From Camelus dromedarius (taxonomy: Eukaryota): 64,000 nucleotides of DNA. Within the stretch, counting starts at the first letter, position 1. Every line of letters starts with the position of its first letter. Below, one piece after another: positions 25,561 through 36,515 of this stretch. A model generated the notes under the pieces. That model saw only the letters and a program-made list of their open reading frames with translations, ran no database searches and was not told where the DNA came from. The stretch spans positions 20,710,001 to 20,774,000 of the forward strand of contig NC_087437.1 in assembly GCF_036321535.1 (NCBI RefSeq), in the 5' to 3' direction. Position numbers and translations under genes: made by a program.

Positions 25561-28500
25561 GCAATCTTTTAAAGAAGCTGGCTTTGTCACACACACAAAA
25601 TTGGATGTGCTTAGAGCTGGTTGCTTTCTTTGAGGCTGCAGTGGTCTTTCAGGGTGGACCTGTGGTTGGTTAAAGGATTAACGGTGCCGGAGGGTGCGGA
25701 GCCATGTTTCCCGCTTCGGCGGGGCATTTCGTGGGGAGGGAGGCTATCGCCGCCTGGGTGGCGCGTGCCTTCGTGGGAAGACAAGAATGCTTTGTAAGCA
25801 TTCAAAAGGTAAAATCAGGATAGATGTGGAAACAGATCTCGTGGGAATGGGGAGGTGTGGGGTGGATGGCCAAGAGAGCCTCAAGAAGGCTCCACAACTT
25901 GGGGACATTTGTTGCTATTTGCAGAAGGCCCGCGGGTGAACCCGACTGTAGAGCAGGCAGTGCCCAGCCAGCCTCGCAAACGTGACGTGACGTGACTGTG
26001 GACGGAACTTGGGAACAACTCCTGCTCAGAGGTGTTGGTTCTCAGTCTGGACGTCTGTGGGAAGAGGGCTTAAAGCAGATGGTTTGAAAAGCCTCGTGTT
26101 CCCTGGAGAGAGGTGGAGATGCAGGGTGACAGCCAGAAAGCCAGCGCATGAAGAGAAGTCCTGGCTTTTCTCATGTCTTGGATTAAATTAATTGCCTATT
26201 TCAAAGAAAGGGCATGTCGAAGGTTCTTCTCTTTTGGGGAATAGCTCCTGGCCAGCTCACCCTCACCGATGCGTGAGAGGCTACTTTGGGACACCCGGGG
26301 AGTAGATGGGCCTCCTCGCCTTTGGAGCACTGCATTTGGATCGTTTGTGGAACTGCAGTATCTGCAACTCTTTCTTTTGAGTGACTGGCTTGAATAGTAA
26401 TGACTTCAATATTCTTTTACTGTTGAATAATGAATTAATAAGTAATTAGCCCAGGGTCACACGGGAGCTCAGTAGGCTCCCTCTGAGTGCCCACAAATTC
26501 CAGTGGGTATCACCTCAGCCCTCGCCACGCTGCTCTGTGATGAGTTGTTGACTGTCAGATGCCCCACTGGCCAAGAGCACCTTCAGAGATGGGGTGGAAC
26601 CATCTCTGTGGCCCCAGCACCCAGCCTGGCACCTTCTAAGTGGTAGGTACTCAGTGTTTGTCTAGTAAAGAAGTGGGTCTCCCTCCTGAATCCAGTCTAA
26701 GCCTGTCATCCGTGTTTTTCCATTGTGCTACACTGTTTCCAAAATGTTATCCTTAAATTCATCATGTTTTTAAGAAATACTTTATCTCAGTAGAGACATT
26801 CATTTTTGTGTGCATTTGGGACAAAGAGCTCAATTTATGGGTCAGGCTTTGACAACTGGGCCTCTAACCTCAGAATGTCCATGAAGAAAAGCAGCTGTTC
26901 TCATCCCATAATTGGGGTGAGAGGGTGATGAGGACTCTGAGGAACTAAGGCTTTTTGCTGAGGGATGAGTCCTCCACAGCTTAACCTATAGGGCCCTGAG
27001 CTGTGGCCCACAGCCGCCTTCAGCATCCCTCATCCCTGCGCGTGATGGGGGAAGCCACCTGTGGAGCCCAGCTGGCTGTTTCCCATTGCAGCATCTTCAC
27101 CCCGGCGGGGCTACCCACCCTGGGGAAAGCTGGGAGCACCCCTTCTTGCACTTTTCTGGCAATATGGTTTGCTGCTGTGCTGGGGAGGGAGGCTGGTTCG
27201 AGGAAGGTGTTTCTGTCTGTGGGAGGCGGCACTGACTCACTGGCAGAGGGATGAAAGTCCAGTTCTCCTGCCTCTGTCCAAGGCCAGCCCGGGGGAGAAT
27301 AGCCAGAGGCTAAAGGAGTGGGAGCAACCTATGCTCCCTTTTTTCAGGAACCTGGGAAGGGCTGGAATTCATAATGTCACTTGGATGTGGGACGCTGCAC
27401 TGCCCACAGGTTCATTCACAGCTGTCACGAGCTTATCTTCCTCACTCAGCCTGTCTCTGGCTTCAGGTCTCACTCATACCCAGGACTCCTGCAGCTGGTG
27501 AAAATCTGTTTTCTAAAAGAGGTTTAATTAATGCTGCATTTTGTATGTGAGAGAGAAAGGGAGCGAGAGAGGGCGGGAGGGAGGAGGAGAGAACTTGTGA
27601 TCTGGAGTGGGTAGGAAAAAGGATGGGAGAATAGTTAAGGTCCTGAAAATTTAGGAAGGTAGCCCTCAGCCCTGAGATGGGGTTCTTGGTTGGTGGATAA
27701 GGATGTGGGCCCACATTCTGGTAGAGGGGTTACCATTAGGAGCAAAGTCACTGAGATGGGAAAAATGGGTGCTGGGCCCACCATTCTGGTTCTTAGAAGG
27801 CCTTGAAAGCCAGGTGAGGACTGAACTCAGCAAGGTGGGAGAGCACTGAGCCATTTGAAGTTTTTGGATGAGGGTTGTGCCCCTTTGGAAACAGTGACTT
27901 GAGTGATGACGTTGTTCTGCGGTCCGGCCCCGGGGGAGCCAGCTCAAACCTGAGATGTTGCGGGGAGCACCCAGGGGCATGGCAAAAAGAGAGGCAGCTG
28001 GGAGGGTGTGTGCATCTGCACTTAGTACGTGAAGAGGAGGCGACAGCTTCCTTCTGGTAGGCCTTTTCGCAGAAGCAGCCTCCTAGGGACTCTTCTTGAA
28101 CCTGCTGAGCATCCTTGCAGATACAGTCGGGCCTTCTAAGGCCCCTCAACCGGGAGGTACTGCAGGGCAGCCATGAGGAGGCACCTGTGAATTGGGAATG
28201 AATTGCAGGGTCTGCTCTGAGTCCAAAAGGCAGAAGGGCCAGGGTGGCCTGAGCCACAGACTCCACCCCTGGAACCAGAGGGCTGCTCTGAATCTTCTAG
28301 GGCTCTGCTTGGGGAAGCCACTGGTTTTGAAAAAGGAACAGGGCCATCAGAAATGAAGAGAAGAGCAGTCGCAGAAGCATAGAGGAAGCTCATGATTAAA
28401 AGACACTGAAAAAGAACTTGGAGGAGCCTTGTGGACTAGTTCCCACTGCCGGGAGGCAGCCTTCACCCACATCCTCTAGGCTGCTTCCTGGCTACAGGAA

Positions 28501-29454
28501 CTAGTCCACAAGGAGTATCTAGGGTTCATCCCTGCATCCTGGTCCCTCCTTCCTCCTCCTCCCCCAGCCCCACCTTCCTGCACTACGCACATTGGTCGAG
28601 CCATTTCTGTGCTGATACTAGGGTGGAGGAGAGCTCAAGCACGTATCTAATGGTAGCAACTGTAGGAACGTGAAAATTCTGTTTGTATTTGCATAGTCAC
28701 TTCCCCAACTTATGCGTTACATCTCTGTATTATAAAGCATACTTTTGTCATCTGCTAACCACTGTCTCTGCCCCTGTGCATAACTGACTTCCTTAGAGCC
28801 TTCAATAGTGTAGAAACCAGAGCTTTAAAGAACAGATAAAGGTGAAAATGATTGCACCTGGTTTTGACACTGCCTCCCCCTCCTCTCCACTCCTGTCTGT
28901 GGTTAGAGTCATCATTTACACCAAATTTACAAATAGTTTGAATACTGTTTGTCCTACCCCTCAATTATATGGAGACATGTGTCTTTCCAACAAGCAAAAA
29001 CCACAGCTTACTTTCCTAGACCCACCTCATTCTTGGCTCGAACACCAAACATCAGGCCTTCAGAGGTAAAGCGGTATCATTTTGAGCCTTTTAATTATAA
29101 AGTAAAATGAAGCCCTTGCTTGCTAATTTTGTCATGTGCTAATACAGAAGAATCTGAAGTTAGAATAAAACATTTACTGCCTTGTTAACTCTTTCTTCTA
29201 AAATGAAAGAAGTAGTTGGATTAAGGTAGAGAAAAGTTATTAAAGTTATAGTAGAAATGTCTGGAAGCTCCGAAGTACTAATGGAGGGACACAGTATTAC
29301 AGAAATAAATTAAGCTTTGTACGTTATCATGGAAATGTGGAGAGATACAAATAGGAACTTCCATAGAAGTATATGCAAGTATGGAATTTTGACAAGTATA
29401 GATTGATGTGTATAGATATTTTGATCTGTTATATCAAAATATATTAATTATTAT

Positions 29455-29549
29455 TTTTAATAATAATTTAATGGAGGTACTGGGGATTGAATCCAGGACC
29501 TTGTGCATGCTAAGCACACACTCTGCCACTGAGCTATACCCTGTCCCCC
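29455..29549 (-). mobile_element. vic-1-type tRNA-Ala-derived SINE (camelid)
   Basis: Minus strand reads GGGTATAGCTCAGTGGCAGAGTGTGTGCTTAGCATGCACAAGGTCCTGGATTCAATCCCCAGTACCTCCA with A and B boxes and an A-rich tail. Flanked by the duplication CAAAATATATTAATTATTAT (29435-29454, 29549-29568). Confidence 0.85.
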
Positions 29550-29994
29550 AAAATATATTAATTATTATGATCATATGTTATGCTTATATAGTAGCTTACC
29601 ATTTAAACAGGCAACTGTGGTCCATGATCTTGTTCAATCTGTCTAGCAAGTCTGGGATCTTCTTAGAGTTGGGGACATTGGACCACAGAATGTTTAAAAA
29701 GCTTATTCAGATTTCTTGAGCAGAGGAATACTGTGTACCTAGATATGCCTGCTACAGTTGCTTGATAAGTCAGTGTGCTTACATAGTTATTTGAAAATTG
29801 CAGGTAGTCTCCTGCTTGGGGATGAAAGTAGGCATTGGTTTTCTTTAAAATGTCCTGCAGATCAAATAAACAAAAACAGTGTGGGCTTAGCACCACCAGA
29901 AACCTCCTGGAAGGGTTTCTCAGGGTGTGTGGATATGTCCGGGGTTCTCTGATGATGACTTCCTAATACCTAAGTACCTGAGATTGTGTCCTCA

Positions 29995-30240
29995 GCACAG
30001 CACGGTGGTTAAGAGTGTAGATTCTGGAGCCAGACTGGCTTTGTATCCTGGATCTACTGCTATTAGGCTTGTACTTTTGGACACGGTACTTAACCTCTCT
30101 GTGCCTCAGCTTCCTCTTTTGTAAAACTGAGGTGATGGTAATACCTCCCTCATGGTATTGTTGTCAAGCTGAAATGAGACAGTACATGACAAGGACTTAG
30201 TGCCTAGGCACATGGTGAGTGCTTCTATGTTAAGCTGTTT
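29995..30240 (+). mobile_element. MIR SINE, near full length
   Basis: GTGGTTAAGAGTGTAGATTCTGGAGCCAGAC...ACTTAACCTCTCTGTGCCTCAG...TGTAAAA...GCACATGGTGAGTGCT. Confidence 0.8.
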
Positions 30241-30854
30241 TCACTGTTCATTCATTCAAAAATGTTTTTGGTACCAACCAACTGCACTGAGATGATGGAT
30301 ATAGGATAAATAAGATACCCATAGCCTCCTTCCTCATGGAACAGAGGACATTGTACTTCAGTCCACAGTGAAGGACATGGATGATACTGCAGGCGTTTCC
30401 CCGGGCACCCACCTGCTCTTGGCCACCTGTTAAGGGCCCTGAGAGGCCCGGGCGTGGACTATAAAGGGTTGACTGTGGTGGGGGAAGGGCAGCGGATTAT
30501 CTTCGGCTAGTACACACTGGCGACGTGGCCCTGCCGGCTGTTGAAGACAGGCACTCGTTTGACTGGCCTGCATCTGACACATGCTGGTGGTTCATATTTT
30601 AACCACAGCTCTTGGCCTCGGGTTATTAGTGGGAGGCGTGATAAGAGACAGTAAGCTCAGTGTTTACTTACCTGATTTGCCAGCACTGTTCTTGGTCCCG
30701 GGTGACAGCACCGAACTTCCTGACCACTGTTCTGGGCTGGCTCTTCAGCAACTCTGGAAGCCCACGATACCATCAGAGACCCAGTTCTCTGCGTGAGGAA
30801 TGGCACGGCTGCTCCTGAGGACAAGCAGGGGACTATCCTGAGGCAGACGGCCAG

Positions 30855-31256
30855 ACTGCTGCTAAAAACCAAAATTCAACCAGGAACTGCAAAGATCTAA
30901 TTGGCTTTATTCAATGCTAGGCTCATGAATTGGGCAGCATGCCATCTAGTAATAGAAGGGCACTCTGATGGGAGGGGGGAAGAAAACAAAGGGTTGTTTC
31001 TGGCCCAGTCACCTTCTTCTGTGCACAGGGTGAGGGTTTATCATGTTGTTTACCTCTGCTTCCTTTGAGGGAGTGGGAATAGACAGGACCCACGTGACAG
31101 ATGACCTCACAGGTGCTGGCTAGAGAAGCCCAGACTGGCCAGTTAAGACTGCATTGCTGGGAAGGTTGAAACTGAGGTTAGGTCAGGTGTTTCCTACGTC
31201 TAGGTTTGGTATCCCAGGTTTCAGCACAAGTGACGCCATTGTGGTGCTGTTAACAC
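30855..31256 (-). mobile_element. ERV1-class solo LTR
   Basis: AAAATTCAAC...AAGATCTAATTGGCTTTATTCAATG...CATGAATTGGGCAGCATGCCATCTAG...GTTAACA. Antisense AATAAA and a TGTTAAC terminus. Subfamily not determined. Confidence 0.55.
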
Positions 31257-32624
31257 AATCATGGGTCCTGTGTCTGCCAGAGCTGGACCCTTCTTGATCT
31301 GAAGGTCTCTGGGAAACTGCTGGTAGGCTTGGGTTTAATAACTGGTCCTGAAAAGGGAGGTCCTTTCTCCTCAGACCTCACCCTCCCTCGCTCTGTGTGT
31401 CTGACAGAGAAACTCCAGCGTGGCAGCCTGCCCAGCGAGCCCTTGCCATCCTGTGGTGGCCTCCGGTGATGGGCTGAGGACTAGAGAAACCTGGGACCCC
31501 TGCCTCAGAACCTGAGTGCTCCTCTGCCTTGTGTGATTAGCACACCCTTTGCTCTACACTGGAATTCTTTGTACTCAGAAGTCAGCAGTCAGACTGGAAA
31601 CCTGATAATCAATTCTCTTAATGGCGAGCCTGCTTATTTTATTCATTTTTCAACTACTGGAATTTGAAGTCAATGAGGCTTTGTCTTTTTCTCTTAAAAT
31701 ACTTTCCCCATGCTTGGAAAGCAAAGAAGTGGAGAATAATGCCATTCATTAACACACACGCATACGCACACATTTATTTGTGTGTAGGCAGCATTGAGTT
31801 AAAAGGAAGAAAACCTTTTCTCTAGCTTCCAAATGGTTCCCCAGCTGCTCTCATTTCTCTGGTTTGGTTGCCTCTTGATTTCCCAGACGGGGTCGACTTT
31901 TGTCGCCAGTTTGTCTCCATGGCCGTTCTTAATGGAAACCCAGACCTGAAAATCGAAGCTTGGACATTTATGGTTGAAGGTCATGGCATAGACGTTTGAT
32001 TTTCGGGGGGCTGTCTTCAAGGTGAAAGATTACTGTGTCTTTGAGAAAGAAAGTGTATTTTAGGAGATTCTAACGTCAGCAGGCAGGAGAATCTAAGCCA
32101 GCCTGCCTCATCTCAGTTCACATAATTTCCAGCATTTCTAAGTTAGCGTTTAGCGGCGTATGATTTTTTTCCATTCTCCCCTTGTGCATCTTGCTCTAAT
32201 GACTGCTGATTATCTTGAAACAGCTGCATTAATTGATGGTGTTTAGCAACTCAATGTGCAGTAAGTAATTGCAGTTGGCTCGGCTGAGCGTAGCATTGTT
32301 ACTTGCTTTTTCGCTTAAGGGGTGTTTGCTCTGTGTGCCCACTGGCAGAAAGGGAGTTGAGAACTCCTTGCCTCAGTGCCCACCCACCACCCAGTGCTCA
32401 CACCGTCGCAGGACATCGTGTGTCATCACAGCATCTGTTCTCACTGCATTCAGATTGTCTGCTCATGGGCCTGTCTCCCCCGTTTGACTGGGAGCTTCTG
32501 GAGGGCAGGGGCTACACCCAGCTCATCTCTGAATCTTCAGCCCTTCATGCAAGAACTGACATGAAATGGGCCTCAGTAAAGGTTAGGTGAATGAATGAAC
32601 GAGTAGTTGCAAAGCAGTGAGGAT

Positions 32625-33640
32625 TGTGTTTGGCTGCCAAGTAACAGAAAGCCCTACCTTAGTGGCTTAAGCAAGTAATGGTTTATTTTTCTCACTTAAC
32701 AAGATGTTTGAAGGTGGGTGGTTGCTGGCGTTGCTTTCAGCAGCTGATGTCTGTCTGGACTGGCACTGTTATTTTCTTCATGGTGGCAAAATGGCTGCTG
32801 CAGGAAGGAGGCGCCGGCCATATGGGTACCTTTTATCAGGAAAGCAGGCAGACATTTTCCCCCAAACATCCAGCAGACCTCCCTTGACGTTTCATGGCCA
32901 GAGCTGTGTCCCATGACCACTCCCAGTTAAAAGGGCCATGTGAGTATGTAGCAGGGCACATTGCTGCCTAGGGTAGGTAGGCTTACTGCTCAAACAAGCA
33001 AACCAAATACAGTTGACCCTTCAGCAACACAAGGCTTTGGGGCGCTGACCCCCCTCCTGCAAGTGAAAAATCTGCATGTAACTTTATAGTTGGCCCTCCA
33101 TATCCACAGTTCTGCATCTGCAGGTTCAACCAACCTCAGATTGTTTAGTACTGTAGTTACTATTGAAAAAAATTTGCCTATAAATGGACCCATGTTATTC
33201 AAGGTTCAGCTGTACGTTTAATGACTCAAATACGATGGACATTTACTTTTTGCTCACACAAAGTCCAAAATGGCTGTTCCTGACAAAGTAGGGGTATGGG
33301 GAAGTCTTTTCCAAAAGGTGATTCAGGGGCCCAGACTCTTGAGTCTCCCACACTTTTTTGCATCAATCAGTGGAAGAAGAAGGAGCATGGAGGATGGTGT
33401 ATAGGAGGATTTTTTGGGCCAGGCTTGGAGATGGAGAATTACTTCCACCGACTTTCCGCTGGCCAGGGCCCAATCACATGACCACACCTCCTGCAAGGGA
33501 GGCTGGGAAATGTGGTCCAGCCCTGTGCCTAGGAGGAAGAGGAGATGGGTTTCAGGGTTAGCTGGCATTCTTTGCCACACTGTCCCTCCCAAATCAGGAT
33601 TCTGTTAGCAAAGAGAAAGGAATGAATATTGAGTGGGCAA
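32625..33640 (-). mobile_element. MLT1-type LTR fragments (interrupted)
   Basis: TTGGCTGCCAAGTAACAGAAA...GTGGCTTAAGCAAG and CACATGACCACACC...TGCAAGGGAGGCTGGGAAATGTGGTC are MLT1 motifs. Confidence 0.55.
33010..33212. mobile_element. Tigger2a/MER8-like non-autonomous TcMar-Tigger element
   Basis: Terminal inverted repeats CAGTTGACCCTT...AAGGTTCAGCTG with TA duplications at 33008-33009 and 33213-33214. Confidence 0.8.
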
Positions 33641-35715
33641 CGGAGGGTTGTCTGTCTTGGGAAAAAAATGCTGTGCTAAGAAAGCTCCAGCCCAAAATAG
33701 TCTTTATTCCCAGACCACCTGTCTTAAATCCTGGCTTCTGCTTTCCCCGTTGGGACCGGGGCCGGCAGGACACTGGAAAATCCTCATTATCCCTTTCTTG
33801 ACTCAGACCATGTTCTTAATAGCTTTGAGGGAATGAGTCCCAGTTGATCTGCCTCAGCAGTTGGAGGTTACTCCAGAAGAAATGGCCTTCAGCCTCCTTA
33901 AGACCAGAGGAGCCTCTCAGAACTCCGAGCCTTTGAGAGCTCCTTGCCCCTGAGCCTTTCAAGTGCCCCTACTCACCCAGCCTCCCAAAGTTTCTCTTCC
34001 TCTCCAGCCCCCAGCCCAGCCAACACCCAGAGGGGAGGGGAGGCTGCAGCACAGTGACCTCTGCTTCCCATCTGAATCCACTGAGAAATATTTTCCCACC
34101 ACTTCCTGCAATTTTTTTTCCTCTGTAAACATTGGTGAATGGTTCATTGATCTATGGGGTTCCAGCGCTTTGTTCCTGTTCAGTCTGTTGTAGGTTTCAG
34201 TGCCAGGTGCCTCTCCATCCACAGCGTCCTTCTTGATGCCCTTCTTTCTTCCCTCCCTCCCTCCCTCCCTCCCTTCTTCCTACACACACCTAATGAGCAC
34301 CTGCTGCTTACTTAGCTCCGTGTCCACCCAGCCCTGGGGGAGGTAGGTAGCGAAGCTGACATGAGCCTGGGGTGTTGATGAATGTTGTGGGAGGGTTGTG
34401 GTTGCCTGATATTGGGGGACCTCTCCCAGCCTTGGGGTTAGGGAGGGCTCCCAGACGGAAGTGGCATTTGAGCTGAGTTTAAAGATGAGTGAGTGTTAAC
34501 AAGATCAAGAAGGCATCTGGGCCAAGAGAGTGAAATGGCACACATGCTGATTTTGGAGAAGGGGTGCTTGGGGTTTGGAGGAATGGCCAGGGGTCCAGTG
34601 TGCTGGAGTTGGGGTGGGATGGTGTGGTCATGCTCCCATTTAATACTGCTGTGCTCCAGGCCCTGGGGTCAGAGCAGGAAACAAGGCAGATAAAGCCCCA
34701 TCCCCAAGGGAACTCAGGGTCTGGGCTGTGAGAGGGGGTGAGGCTGCAGAGGAGGGTGGGCCCGAATCTGCGGAGAGCTTGGCTGCTGTCCCAGATTCTG
34801 CTCCAGAGGGTCTGCTGTTGGATGCCGAGTAGGATGTGGGCCCCATTACTTATGCTATCACCTCTCGTGCCCCGTCCCTCTGTCTCCAACTCTTGTCTGG
34901 TCCTTTGCCCAGGCATTACTCAGGCTATAAAAATAGAGGCTGGCACCAGAACACCAGCATGTAGTTGGTGAGGAAAGCTGAATCTGTCATTACGTATCAA
35001 GATATGTGCCAGCTCGATTTTTGGTGGAACACTTTCTTGGAACTCCAAGGATGAGATTCTAAAGTTGGCTTACAGTTTTTTGTTTTTTTTTTTTCTCCTT
35101 TCAACACATCCCAAAACTTCTGGTCACTTGGCTCAGAGTAAGTATGTTCTGGTTGTGTCTGTTACCCACCCTGTGAGCACATTGAAATGAACACTGAATG
35201 CTGAAATCCACCAAGTGAGGGCTGGCCTTGCCATGGGCCTGATTGGAGGGGCTGGGTCATCTCATGGGGCAGTCCATCTGGGGCTCATGTGCTGGTGAGG
35301 ACTATGGTCAGCGCTGCCTGAGAAGGGGTCAGGTCTCATCAGCCTGCAGAGTTTTGCTCATCTCCCTGAGGACAAGAGGGCTGAGCCACGGTTTAGAATA
35401 GCTGTCAGCTGCCTTCATTGTGATGAATGGCCCCAAAGGTGGTTTCCTTCATTCTCCTTTCCCAGCCTTGTTTATTAAGGTGGAATTGACAGTGCTGGGG
35501 GGTGCGGTGCAGAGAGAGGAACCTTCTTGCTAGTCCAAGCCCAGGGCTGAATGTGGGGCACTTTGTTCCCAGGTAGGGCAATCTCAATCTGTAGATGTGT
35601 TTTTTGGGTCCTTTTGTTTTGTTGGGTGTTTACTGGGTACCTTTTTGGTGCCAAGTGCAGTAGAGGTCATGCATATTAATCAAATGAGGAGGAGGATCGT
35701 TACAACCTGTGTTAT

Positions 35716-36515
35716 TGTGGTTTACAGTTAGCAATATATATTTGTTCTGTTTCTGGCACAGAGCTCCTAAAACCCTTGAAATTTCCTGGAAGAGACCCTA
35801 GGGATAAATGTCTTTTATTATGTTATTGAGGTGACTTTTGGAAAGCGCTCAGGTAACCCAAGGATGGGGGCTGGTTGCCAGGAGAACCAAACTTATGATT
35901 AGAGGTTTGGAACTTTCTGTCCCGCTCCAGACCACTGGGGAGGAAAGTGGGGGCTAGAGGTTGAATCAGTTGCCGGTGGCCAATGACTTAATCAGACATG
36001 CCTATGTAATGATGTTTCCGTAAAGACTCAAGAGGATGGGGTTTAGAGAGCTTCCAAGTTGGTGAACACGTGGAGATGTGGGGAGAGTGGCGTTCTAGGA
36101 GAGAGCATGGAAACTCCGAGACCTTTCCCTCATACCTTGCCATAGGTGTCTCTTCAATTGGGCTGTTCCTGAATCATACCCTTTTATCATACACTGGTAA
36201 TCTAGTAAGTAAAATGTTTCTGAGTTCTCTGAGCCACTCTAGAAAATTAATTGGCCCCCAAAGACAGGAGGGCATCGGAACCTCCAATCTATAGCCAGTT
36301 AGAAGCACAGGTGACAACTTGCATTTACGATTGGCATCTGGAGTGGTGAAGGGGTAATCTTGTGGAATTAAGTCCTTAACTTGTGAGATCTCGGGCTTTT
36401 TTCCGGATGGATAGGGTCAGGATTGAGTTGAATGGTAGGACACCCAGCTGGTGTTGAGAATTGCTTGGTGTTGTGGGGAAGAAGTCCCACACACATTGGA
36501 ATTAGGTACAGAAGC
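35716..36515 (+). mobile_element. MER21-family solo LTR
   Basis: TGGCACAGAGCTCCTAAAACCCTTG...GATGGGGGCTGGTTGCCAGGAGAACCAA...GGCCAATGACTTAATCA...GCTTCCAAGTTGGTGAACAC are MER21 hallmarks. Confidence 0.8.

Noticed and set aside
29470..29545. tRNA-Ala gene (also at about 54170-54245)
   Set aside because: A-rich tail, target-site duplication and broken stems indicate SINE copies, not functional tRNAs.
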